A stretch of 64,000 nucleotides of DNA from Selaginella moellendorffii (taxonomy: Eukaryota; Plantae; Lycopodiophyta). Of the stretch, positions 35,633 through 48,753 are shown in pieces. Both the position numbers and the translations under genes were made by a program. The stretch's first letter is position 1. The number at the start of each line of letters is the position of its first letter. The stretch covers positions 186,001 to 250,000 of the forward strand of contig NW_003314363.1 in the NCBI RefSeq assembly GCF_000143415.4. The letters are read 5' to 3'. The notes under the pieces were generated by a model. The model was not told the origin of the DNA. It searched no databases and saw only the letters and a program-made list of their open reading frames with translations.

Positions 35633-37153
35633 ATGATGGAGGGCGGGCAGAGAGGCGCCCTAGTGGTGTTTAGCAGCTCGCCATCGCCGCTCCCATCGCT
35701 GCAGCAGTGCTTGTCGCCGCTGCCACTCGACGCCAAGCTTGGAACTCCGGACGCCAGCGCCACGAACTTCCAGCCCTGTTCGGTGGCTCTCGCCCCGCCG
35801 CCGCTGCCAGCGCCGACTTTTCCATTCGCTCTCGCGGATTCCAAGTCCCTGGGAGCAGCGCCGCTCGCGATGGACCCACCGCTGGTCGCGCTCAACGATC
35901 CAGCGGTGGCGGGCGGCGTTGGGAATGGCAGCGCCACAGTGACCGAGGCGGAAATGGAAGTGGAGGAGGATAAGAAGCAGCGGGACAGGGAGCACAAGAA
36001 AAGATCGAAGAACTGGACGAGGCCCGAGACGCTCAAGCTCATCCGGCTGAGGACGGAGCTGGAGCCTCGGTTTGCGAGGACGGGAAGGAAGACGGAGCTG
36101 TGGGACGAGATCGCGGAGTCGCTCCAGAGGGAGCGATTCTGCCGGGACGCGCAGCAGTGCCGGGACAAGTGGGAGAAGCTCACCGCCGGGTACAAGGAAG
36201 TCCGGGACGGTGTCAAGGAGAGGGAAGATAATCCTTTCTACGACGAGCTCTACCCGCTTCTCTCCGGGAAACTCATCAAGAAGGCCGCCAGCACCACTGG
36301 CAAGGAAAAAGAGATTTTTGGGATGGACAGTGGTGGCGAGGCTCAGCTTCCCGAAGGTGGCGGTGGTGGTGGCGGCGGTGGTGTCTTGTTTAAAGATGTG
36401 CTCGACTTTGAATCGGGGTCGAGGGGCGGAGACAAGGGCACGACCAGGGACGAGGAGCAGGAGGACTTGGAAGGGAGGCCTCCGACTGCGAAGAAGCGGC
36501 GGAGGGTGCCAAACAAGTATGTCGCGGTGACGGACCTGCTAGCGGTGCAAAGCCTGCTCGAGACGGTCCTGGCGAGGCAGCAGAGATTCTTCCGGGACGT
36601 GCTCGAGGCGATGGAGCGGAAGGAGCAGCAGCGCGAGCAGCTCCGGCTGGAGAAGGAGGAGAAGTGGCGGGCCGAGGAGAGAGCTCAGCGGCTCGTCTTT
36701 AACAACGCGATGGTGGCGCTCACGCAGAAGCTCGTCGGGGAGAGGCTGGGTGTGCCGTCGGAGAGCCTGATGGTGTTCCCGCAAAGCCCCGACGGTGGCG
36801 GAGCTCATCAAGGCGGCGGCGGCGGCAGTGGCGGGGGCCCGAAGAAGCGGAGCAAGAACTGGAAGCGGACCGAGGTTCTCCAGCTGATCAAGCTCCGGGG
36901 GGAGATGGAGAACAAGTTCACCAAGAGCACCCGGAGAGCCGCGCTGTGGGACGAGGTGGCCGACTTGCTCAAGGCGCAGGGGATCAAGCGGGACGGGAAG
37001 CAGTGCCGCGAGAAGTGGGACAAGCTCATGGCCGAGTACAAGGACGTTGCCGACGGCAAGCGCGAGCGAGGAGAGAGCCACTACTTTGCGGAGCTGACGG
37101 CCATCGTCACCAAGCCACCGGAAGACTTTGCTGGTGGGAAGAACGTAACGTGA
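35633..37153 (+). CDS. GT-2-class trihelix transcription factor (two trihelix domains with a central coiled coil), intronless
   Basis: RSKNWTRPETLKLIRLR..LWDEIA..QCRDKWEKL and RSKNWKRTEVLQLIKLR..LWDEVA..QCREKWDKL. Confidence 0.94.
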   Translation: MMEGGQRGALVVFSSSPSPLPSLQQCLSPLPLDAKLGTPDASATNFQPCSVALAPPPLPAPTFPFALADSKSLGAAPLAMDPPLVALNDPAVAGGVGNGSATVTEAEMEVEEDKKQRDREHKKRSKNWTRPETLKLIRLRTELEPRFARTGRKTELWDEIAESLQRERFCRDAQQCRDKWEKLTAGYKEVRDGVKEREDNPFYDELYPLLSGKLIKKAASTTGKEKEIFGMDSGGEAQLPEGGGGGGGGGVLFKDVLDFESGSRGGDKGTTRDEEQEDLEGRPPTAKKRRRVPNKYVAVTDLLAVQSLLETVLARQQRFFRDVLEAMERKEQQREQLRLEKEEKWRAEERAQRLVFNNAMVALTQKLVGERLGVPSESLMVFPQSPDGGGAHQGGGGGSGGGPKKRSKNWKRTEVLQLIKLRGEMENKFTKSTRRAALWDEVADLLKAQGIKRDGKQCREKWDKLMAEYKDVADGKRERGESHYFAELTAIVTKPPEDFAGGKNVT

Positions 37154-37543
37154 GAGAGCTTCCACCGCCACCAAAGTTTTGTAAGTATAGTATACCATCA
37201 CTCTCCTCCAGCGACACACCGAGCTTGACGAAGGGATTTCTTCACAGCAGCAGCTCCCGAGCTCGAGGATGATCAACACTGCCCAGGGACAGGCCGCCAT
37301 TCGGATTGTACAGGGAAAGAGAATGGCGGCCGCCGGCGAGATAGCTTACTTGACAGGGGTGCGAGTAAACGTGACACAGCACCCTTTTGATCGATCGAGC
37401 TCTTCTGTGCTTCACTTGGAACTTTTGTTGCTTATATTTATTTTTGATGAAGCTTCACTTTTGATGAGAGGCTGCAAGCATCCATCCGATCAGTCAATGG
37501 TGTGTAGGAAATCCTGTTTGATACTTTGTGGGAGAGCGTTTGT

Positions 37544-38752
37544 TTAGTACTCCGTTTCGAGCAAGCCGTCGATCAATCCAAATTCCATAGCCTGTACGTT
37601 TGATTGAAGCGTCAGCGCAGGAAAGTACAAAAGACTTGGCTACCTCGGCTGCCGAGAAAAAATGGTCACGCTCTGTGTATGTTTGGACTATCTCCAGTGG
37701 CTGCCCAGTGAAAGCCGAGTACATCTTATCGATTTTCTGGAGCCAAAAGACAAACGCTTGAGATTACGAGCAAAAGAACTACAAGCAGAGTTCTTACATC
37801 TCGTGATGCTACCACTTCATTCACTTGCCTTCTCACATCCTCCATCGTTCCCTGATCAAGAAAAGAAAGACTTTTCGAGTATCCATCTATAAAATCAATT
37901 GCTACTTACACCACAGCCTCCTTGAGGTTGATGGATCATGACTCTGGAGTTTGGCATCGCAAAACGCAGGCCTTTCGTTCCACCGGCTAGAATCAAAGCT
38001 CCTTGACTTGCGGCCATGCCGAAGCACACAGTGCCCACTCTTGGTTTGATCTACACAAGAAGAAAACCATGTCTAAAAATCCTGGCAAAGTATTCTCTTC
38101 CTACCCAAGACATGCAATCGTAGATGGCAAGAACGGAGTAAGTGCTTCCTCCAGGACAATTGATATAGAGCTAGACACACCGAGCAAAACAAACTAAGTT
38201 TCGAAGAACAAGCGAAGAACATAAGAAAGAAAAAAAGATGAGTAAACCTGGATATCTTTTTCTTCGTCGATGGCCGCAAGCATCACGAGCTGCGAGATGA
38301 CGCGCTGGGCTACTTGCGAATTGATCGGTTGGCCGATGAAGATAATCCTACTGCGAAGCATGATGCTCGTAAGGTCGGCGATTCCTGCTGGAGTAATCAC
38401 GGCTGGAGCCATTAGCGGAGCCCCTTTCTTTGCTGCCCTGATTGTATTCTCCTCACTGCCCTGTGCACCACTGAGAATCGATCGAAAATATTTCGATGCG
38501 TACCTTGAGGAATGGAAGATCGTAGCTCCTCGCCGGGGTAGCGGCTCTCATCCCGGGCGATGCCAATGCGTAGAGAAGAGCTGGCGATGGAGGCGGCGGA
38601 GTGATTGCCGAGCCCTGAATCGCGCATTCTCTCCTCCGGAACCTGACGAGGCCTGATCTACAGCTCTGGAATCCATGCCCGCGCCAGCTCTTGCCCGGCG
38701 AGCACAGCGCCTCCACGCCGCTAGCGCCTGGGGCTAGAGACATCGTCGCCAT
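37544..38752 (-). CDS. CLPP6: Plastid Clp protease proteolytic subunit 6, multi-exon
   Basis: [75 protein letters not shown]-stop. Confidence 0.95.
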
Positions 38753-38762
38753 AGCCAAAAAT

Positions 38763-38835
38763 CCGTTAAGACCGTTAGATGGTCTGGATCTGACGGCCGA
38801 GATAGAGCTACGATGAGTGCTCTCTGACCGTTAAA
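38763..38835. promoter_or_regulatory. Cluster of MSA (AACGG) elements in the ClpP6/TON2 bidirectional promoter
   Basis: CCGTTA at 38763; GACCGTTAGA (= TCTAACGGTC) at 38770; GACCGTTAAA at 38826; TCTGACGGCC variant at 38789. Confidence 0.6.
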
Positions 38836-38916
38836 TTTGACCGCCAGGATTTGTCCATTTGCTTCTCAGGAGTAGGGTGTGTTATTTTGTGCGTGAGTGG
38901 ATGATTCTCCTCCGGC

Positions 38917-41145
38917 ATGATGGATGATCCGCCGGCGGCATCGTCTAACACCAAGCGCTTCCCCGCCGGCATTGGATCGATGCCCTGGGTCCAGTCGCTC
39001 AAGAAATATGTGGGATCCGGCGCGGGTCTGGGCTCCGAGGCGCTCATGGGTAAGTTTCTTTCTCGAATCGATGCTCCAATGTAGCTTAGTGTTTATGGTG
39101 TAGAGCTCGAGACGAAGAGAATTCTTCTCGACGGGTACAAGGAGCAGCAGCAAAGAACTCTACAGAAGGGAACCATTCCAAGTTTTTACAAAAGGGTACT
39201 TTGCTGCTCTTTGACGAAAGAGAAACACTGTTATCATCTTTCTTGTTCTTGTGTAGAAACCTTCTGAGGGATCGATTGGTGCCAAAGTCCAGCATTTGGC
39301 GAGATTCAGGTTTCTGAAGGTCTTTGAAAGGTTTTTGATTTCAGCTTGAGGATTTTTTTTCTGAAGTGGTGTTGTTTTTTGAGGTGCCCAGAAGCAAGCA
39401 GAGATGCTGTTAAATGCTGATGATCTCGATGCTCTGTGGGTTTGTTTACGTGAGAACTGTGTCATTGACGATTCCACTGGAACTGAAAAGGTAAGATGAT
39501 TTCGTCTCTTGTTTCTTTCGTGTTTTGTGCAGCTGAAAGTTTGTCTTGTAGATGAATTACGAGGATTTTTGTCACATTGCATCCCTATGTAACGATCAAA
39601 TCGGACCAAAGTGCCGACGGTTCTTCTCGCCATCAAACTTTATGAAGTTTGAGAAAGATGAATACGGTCGAATTGCCATTCTACCGTTCTACTTGTATGT
39701 TATGCGAACTGTAAGTGTCTGTAGACCTGCTAGTGGATTGTCTTTGTTCGCGTTGTTTAGACTTCTAACAAGGGAAATTATGCAGGTATCTTTGACACAA
39801 GCGAGGATTGATATGAGTGAGCTTGATGAAGATGGAGACGGGCTTTTGCAGCCACCGGTAATAGTTCCACACTTATGCTCGAGCCTTGTTTAACCTTGAC
39901 ACATTTGCCAGGAAATGGAGGCATATATTAGAGGACTTATTCCTAATTTGGCTCAACTTCGAGATATCCCGGTTCCATTCTTATCTATGTATTGCCGAAT
40001 CGCTGCGCGTAAATTTTCGTTTTTCTGTGATCCTCATCGTAGAGGTTCGTTTATTCGTTTAGATATATATATGCTCTGACGAATCGTTTGTGCAGGAAAA
40101 CTATGTATAAAAAAAATACTTCTAAGTAACTGTCTAGCTGAACTCATGGAACTACATCGGGTATGCATTTTTCTGTTGTTTTCTGGATTTGTATTAGACA
40201 TGGCTTGCGTTTTAGGAAAACGAAGAGGAAGTTTCCGAAGGAGAACATACAGAAAACTGGTTTTCTCTTGGCAGTGCTCAACGGATTTGTGGTGAGTGCA
40301 TCTCTACTCTTTATTTTTTATTTGTATCAACAGTCCTTTAACTTTGTAAAATTTGTAGATGTCTTTCTCGCGCTGGACAAAGATATGAACGGTACATTGA
40401 GCAAGCAGGAGCTTCAAGACTATGCCGATGGCACATACACTACCATATTTATTGAACGAGGTAAGGTCATGAGTGTTTCTTCTATTCCTCGCTGACATCA
40501 CTATGATTCCAGTCTTTGATGAACACGTCAGAAGAGGAAAAGGAGGTGGTGGGAAAGCTCGAGAAATGGACTTCGACAGCTTTCTGGACTTCGTCCTTTC
40601 TCTAGAAAACAGAGACACCCCGGAGGGCCTCACTTATCTCTTCCGGTGCCTTGATCTCCAAAACCGAGGATTTCTTTCAACGGGTGACGTACACACTCTC
40701 TTCAGGTTCGTCTCTCTTAGTAACTCAATGGAAGAAAAGAAGAGTGAAAGTCCTAGCTTTGGCTTCCACTTGATATGCTCTTCCGAGATTCGACAGGAAG
40801 AGTTTTTCCTGCCTGCGCACTCGAGCCGCTGTGCTGCAAGCCTCGAATCTTCCGTATATTACTGGCTGTTCGTCACTGCTCTAAATGCGCCTTTCTCCTT
40901 ACAGGGACGTGCACAGGAAATGGATCGAAGGTGGAAACTACGACCTGTGCATCGATGATGTGAAAGACGAGATCTGGGACATGGTGAAGCCGAAAGATCC
41001 TCTCAAGGTCACACTAGCCGACCTCTTGGCATGCCGGCAAGGAGGCACTGTAGCCAGCATGCTGGTGGACGTGAGAGGCTTCTGGGCTCACGACAACAGG
41101 GAAAACTTGCTTCAGGACGAGGAAGAGACTGAAGAGGAAGAGTAG
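38917..41145 (+). CDS. TON2: PP2A B'' regulatory subunit TONNEAU2/FASS, multi-exon
   Basis: YVGSGAGLGSEALMELETKRILLD, DADDLDALWVCLRENCVIDD, MNYEDFCHIA, SLTQARIDMSELDEDGDG, DVRGFWAHDNRENLLQ. Confidence 0.96.
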
Positions 41146-43019
41146 GAAGATGGTTGACAGAAGCGGGCAGCGACTGTTGTAAGTTTATCCGATTGCTTTT
41201 GGTTGCTTGCTCTGCAATAGCTAGAAACTGGAGGCTTGATCGATTATTTTACTACTAATACATTGATCTTGTAGTGTACCACATCAGATACGGAAAGCCA
41301 CAGACAGGGATATCATCCTTGTCATGCTAAGAACAGGGCTTCGTCCTTACGGTTGTTGCCATTCGGTTGATGCGGTTTACAATCTTTTTCCGCCTCGAAT
41401 CACTCGTGAGCACATGGAACGGGACAAGCCAAGTCAATTTCGTGGTACTTATGCTTCAAAGTTTGGATTCTTTTAATCTGATCTTAACGCTTTGGCTCCA
41501 GTTTTTCCAGGAACTCCAACCAGGCTCGCTCGCTCGCTGTTCACAATCTGGAAAGCCAATGTGCCGGACAGATCGACATAAATGAAACGCTGCCGAAAAG
41601 CTTGGAGCGAGCAACGAACTTCACTTTCTCTCTGGTAAGCAGCGTAAAGTTCTTTCCGGTCACTATCGTCAGCAAAGCAGTAGCAGTAGCTAGCGAGCGA
41701 TCTGATCAGCGCTGAGAGTAGCAGGGGCGATTCATCGATTGCTCGCAAAGTGCTCGCTTGCGACAGCGCACCACTAATCTCTGCTTGAGCTGCCAAACAG
41801 GAAAATAAAGAGAAGAAGAAGAAGAAAAGATTAAAAGTGACGAGCAAAGTGCTTTGCTTGACATCCCAGCAACCGGCCTCTCGAAGAAGAAAAAAATGCG
41901 TGATTTTGCCCAGTTCTTCGATTTAATCTATCCTCGTCATTCCTCGAAGAACATGTTTCGTATGACCTGGCTAGCTTTCCTCCAAATCTAGCGGCGTCGC
42001 TAGTTTGCCCAACCTCGCCATTAAATGTTGTAACGTTAAAAGTGAGCAGCGAGTGGGAGTATTAAAAAGCCCTTTAGCACGAAAGCTGGAGGTTTCGCCA
42101 AGTGTGGCTGGCTGGCATTCACAAGCAAATTTTATTTTTTTTCTTCCCCCTCTCTTTGGCTATGGGCGAGAAAATGATGAATGTAGCAGCAGGGGAGGCA
42201 GGGCACACGCGGGCGATTGATGCATCGCATTGGCATTGGCAGTGATCAATCGTCCCAGCTACACAAGGAATCAAGAGAAAAGAATCGCAGCGCAACGGGA
42301 CGGGAGAAGCAGCGATTGGGAGAGCTAGCTCTCGGATTTGGGGGTTTGTGGGTGCTCGATTCGATCGGTCTGTTCGATCCGCGGGGACGCGAGCTCGCTG
42401 GGCGCACGACCCACGAGATCTTTGCTCGCAATGCGGCCGCCCAATGGGCTAGATCGACCCGGAGTAGCAGTAGCAAGCCAGTAGCTCAGTAGTAGTAGCC
42501 CTCTCCAGAGGAGGAAGAACAAGGTGGAATAGGAAAGCTCCCAGGAGAGCTCGCGCTCGAGAGAGGAAGCGAGGAGAGGTTCTTCACACTCCCTCTCGCT
42601 TTCGCTCGCTCGCTTGCTCACACAGAGATTGCTCGCTCGCGCGTGCCTGGAGCTACGAAGTAGCTCAACGGATGCTGTGAGGAGGTGGATTGGAGCTTTC
42701 ATCGCTCGTCGCGCTCGCCCGACCACATTAGATGTGCGTGTGACTCGCTCACTGGCCATTTGGTGGCCGGTTCCTTTCTTCTTTCTTTTCTCTTTCTTCT
42801 TCTTCTTCTCTTCCCCGACGCCATAGTTTGGATAGACCGATAGATAGCTCGGGATTTATGGTATTTTCACTCCAATCCGGATCTCACTCGAGAGCACCAT
42901 GATCGGCCTAAGGTTTGTGGTTTCTTCCTTTCCTTTTGCGAGAAAACGAGATTTTTAGCTTGCCTTCGCTTTCTTCTCCATAGCCTAGCTCACGTTCCTT
43001 TTTTTTTCGGATGGATCAG

Positions 43020-44382
43020 ATGGCTGTCAACAAGCTAAACAAGCAGCAAGAAGTTCTGGATGTCTGCGTGGACACTACCAAGGTTCTTTGCGTTTTGCTC
43101 CATCAACCTTTCCTTTAATCTCACGCGAGAAAAAAAAATTCTTCCAGGAGATCCCGGCTGGGCGAGTTCTTCGCAAGGCGACGCTGGTATGGAAGCTGCT
43201 GGTGCTGCTCCTCGTCGCCGGCTGCGGCGTTTACATGTGTTTGATCGGCGTGGATCGAAGAACCACGTACGATCGGCTCAGCCTCGATCCAATCCAGCAG
43301 GTCTGGCGGCGAGAGAATCTCTGCCCGAGGTTGTCGCGAGCCAAGTTCCCGCAACACTACCCCCAGCCAAGAACTTACTCGAGGTTCCAGAAATCTTGGA
43401 AAGGATCTCTAGCTAGTTTCTAACAAAGGTGGTCGAAACTTTTTTTCTTCCAGGAAGGAATGCAGGTGCGTGCCAGTCCATTTCTTCGTCCTCCTCTCGA
43501 TGCAGCGATCCGGCAGTGGATGGTTTGAGACGCTCCTCAACAGCCATCCAAACGTGAGCTCTCACGGCGAGATCTTCTCCATCGGCCGGCGCCGCGCAAA
43601 CTTTAGCACGATCAAGCAGACACTCGACGAGGTCTACAATCTGGAATGGTATTCCAGCGCTGCCAAGAACGAGTGCACGGCCGCGGTGGGATTCAAGTGG
43701 ATGCTCAACCAAGTACGTGAAAAAAGCTCTCTTTTCTTGCGTGATTCTTTCGTCTTTTCGCCATCCAGGGAGCTCTAGCACACGGTGACCAAGTCGCCGA
43801 TTACTTCCGCTCGCGCGGCGTCTCCGTGGTTTTCCTCCAGAGAAGAAACTATCTCAAGCGATTGATCTCGGTCATGGGAAACGCTTACGATCGAGCAAAG
43901 CCGCTCAATGGAACGCACGTCGCTCACGTCCACTCGCGAGAAGAGGTAAGCGATCAATCAATCTCTTCCACTCCTCTATACCATCTCTTTTGCTCCAGGC
44001 CGAGCTCTTGGCTTCGTTCAAGCCCACCATCGACGTCGCAAACTTGCTCCAAAACCTCCGCCGCGTCCAAAACATGTCCGACGAGACGCTCCGGATCTTC
44101 GGCACGACACGCTTGACAGCGCTCTACTACGAAGATCTCGTAAAAAATCCTCGAAAGGTGATGGTTGATCTTGAGCTTTTCAGCTAAAAGAACCACTTTT
44201 TTTTCCAGAGGGTGGACGTAGTTCTTCGATTCCTGGGAGTGCCACGCCAAGATCTCCGCAGCAAGCACGTAAAGATCCACACGAGACCCCTCCGCGACTC
44301 CATCACAAACTGGGACGACGTCTACAGGGCTCTCAACGGCACCGAGTTTGAGAGCCTTCTTCACGATCGCGACTACTTGTGA
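43020..44382 (+). CDS. Type II membrane P-loop sulfotransferase-like protein (NodH/Stf0-like plant family), multi-exon
   Basis: N-terminal TM helix LVWKLLVLLLVAGCGVYMCLIGV; PAPS-binding-like LSMQRSGSGWFETLLNSHPNVSSHGEIF; AVGFKWMLNQ, YYEDL, HVKIHTRPL. Start may be 43011. Confidence 0.88.
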
Positions 44383-44638
44383 TAGTGGAGGAAACCAAGA
44401 CCATCTTGACGGAGTGTACATACAAGAGCTAGGCACGATCGATTCAATCTGGAATTCTTCTCCTCTTTTGTTTTTGTTTGAAGCGTGTGTTTTTGTCAAG
44501 AACAATCGTTGACAATCGAAAGAAGTTTCCTTGTGTAAAGAATTTGAGTTATAGTAACACAAGCCTTTGTACAGTAAGGTGTCCTTATTGCACACGAAAA
44601 ATGGTGCCTACAAGGATTTACACTACCCGAGGAGCGAG

Positions 44639-45646
44639 CTAGCGAGCGAGAGAGAATGGCGAGCGAACCTGAGATCCATCCATGTTTTGATCGGCTCCTG
44701 GCACTGGCACTGGCTGCGCTGTGAAGGCGAAGTTGGTCGGGTTGAATCCAGCGGAGAACGCAAAACCAGCCGGCGACGTGGCTTCCAAAATCGGGAGTGA
44801 TCCTCCCACTGCCGCTGTGATGGACGATGCGAATGCTTGGCCTCCGGGTTGCGACGTAAAACTGTTGCCGAAGATCTCCTTCTCAAGCTGCTGGAGCTGC
44901 TGCTCCACTTCTGCGAGGAGAAACGCTATAGTAAAGAAAGGAGCTTTTAAGACTACGCACGCCTTACCGGGGTTGAGCTTCACTGAAGGGCTCCTTTCCT
45001 TGACCCATTCGTAGCTTTGAGACAGTCTCCAGCCTTTGTGTCGCATCAAATACGCTATAACAACTGCCGGGGATCTGAAAAGGAAGACGAGAGTCTTAGA
45101 TCCATACTGTTTGATCCAAAAAGGATCACTCCACTATATGACCAACCTGCTTTGTCCGGACATACAATGGACGAGAACCTTCGCGTTGTTTTGCCGACTT
45201 TTCTCTACACACAATCCATCTTCCGATAGAACCACGCAAACGAAAGAAAAGAAAAGTTACCGATGAAATCCAGGCACTCTTCCAGCGGTAATCTCTCCTC
45301 TTGTATGCAGTGATAAGTGAAAGAATTCTTGTAGAGATTCTGGCATCTCGCTACAGTCTAAGACAAACACCACAGTATGAGGATACCCTAGAAAGGAGGA
45401 GAGGAGAGATCTTACATTCAAGATGTGCGTAATTCCCTGCGCCTTGAGGAGCTCCGCCCTGGAGGCATTGTCGTAGCTGCCGAGAAACAGGAAAGGCAAA
45501 ATCTCCGCCGAGAAGGCGCTCTGCTGCGAACACTTCTCCTCGCCCGCCGTTCGGCGATGGCCGCACACGCCGCAGGGCTCGCCATCCTCGAATTTGTGGT
45601 AGTGATTGCAGATGAAGCACGGATTCTCCCTCTCCCGCTTCCTCAT
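44639..45646 (-). CDS. IBR5: Dual-specificity MAPK phosphatase IBR5, multi-exon
   Basis: MRKRERENPCFICNHYHK..CGVCGH, LFLGSYDNASRAELLK, active site VLVHCMSGQSR, WRLSQSYEWVKERSPSV. Confidence 0.95.
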
Positions 45647-45838
45647 GGCGCTCGCTCTCGCAAAGACGAGAAAGGACTATAAGAACCCTAATCAAAACCC
45701 AGAGCGGTTGGCTTGAAATGAGCCAATAAGTCATTGCCACGTCAGCGTCAAAGTTGAAAGGGCTGCCACGTCGGCGGCCAAAGGGATTTTACTTGGGCAT
45801 TTCTTTGGTAGCAAGGCACTCCCGCGCTGCTTGGGGCG

Positions 45839-47948
<2,110 letters not shown>

Positions 47949-48284
47949 CCAGCGCAGCGGTCGTGTTTGTACACTCGCCACTTTCCTGTGCAGTTGAGTT
48001 TTGATACGATTTCCAGGTATGAGTTTTCAAGTTCTTCCTTCTCTCGCAGACGAACGCGTCAAAGCATCGCGTTTGTGTTAACTTAAAACGCGAGTGAGCG
48101 GCCAATTGTCCTTTAATCACACTGTGGAGGTAGCGTTTATTCGTCGCTGTTCTATTCGTTGTCTCGAAAGATGCCAGTGACTCGAAGCTAACGCGAAAAG
48201 AACTCCGGAACTTACAACGTGCGCATTGGCCGCTCGAATATGAAAGAAGAATTCCAACAAACGTGGAACCCAGTTAGACCAAAT

Positions 48285-48440
48285 GCGCGTATATGCTGAC
48301 CCGCGGCAATGAATCCGCGCCGTCCGTTGCCGCGTGGCGCGTATATGAGCCGTCCGCGGGTCCTTTCTGGCCAAGTCGCGTAGATCGCAGCCGTCCGTGC
48401 CCGCCTTTTGATCTGGGCCATCGGTGCCTGGTATAAAAGG
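48285..48440 (+). promoter_or_regulatory. Six vCGCGb (CAMTA/RSRE) boxes and a TATA box upstream of the dicarboxylate carrier
   Basis: GCGCGT 48285, CCGCGG 48301, CCGCGC 48315, CCGCGT 48330, GCGCGT 48337, CCGCGG 48354; TATAAAA at ~48433. Confidence 0.6.
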
Positions 48441-48486
48441 GCGAGGGCAATGGCCAATTCATCAGTTCAGCGTCTTCCAGTGGTAG

Positions 48487-48669
48487 ATGAGTAAGGAGGC
48501 CTGTCGGATGCGATTTGGGATCCGGTGCTCCAGCATCTCTTTGTGGAGCCTCCAATCCTCGTTCCTCTTCAACGCGTCGCTCAAGCAGCAGATCGGCTTC
48601 GCGCATCACCACCTGGCGATCGAGCCCCCTGAAGCGGGGATCTTCTCGGCGATCTTGGAACCGCACTAG
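48487..48669 (+). CDS. Upstream ORF (60 aa) in the DIC 5' leader; candidate conserved-peptide uORF
   Basis: ATG lies 54 nt after the TATA box and the stop is 84 nt before the main ATG; peptide MSKEACRMRFGIRCSSISLWSLQSSFLFNAS... Confidence 0.55.
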   Translation: MSKEACRMRFGIRCSSISLWSLQSSFLFNASLKQQIGFAHHHLAIEPPEAGIFSAILEPH

Positions 48670-48753
48670 ATCGGCCGATCGATCAGCGTCGAAATATCAC
48701 TGATTCTTGATTCTTGGAAGGATCCAAGCTCCACATCAAAATATCAGCAAGCG

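Noticed and set aside
41154-41175. TTGACAGAAG start resembling miR156/157
   Set aside because: Only the first 10 nt match, it lies in the TON2 3'UTR and there is no convincing star arm.
42520-42545. TGGAATAGGAAAGCTCCC resembling miR159/319
   Set aside because: Too many mismatches and no complementary arm at the expected distance.
43020-44382. Sulfotransferase-like gene as the enzyme that sulfates the DYIY peptide
   Set aside because: Plant peptide Tyr sulfation is done by TPST, a different family. This gene is 13 kb away and belongs to a widespread family.
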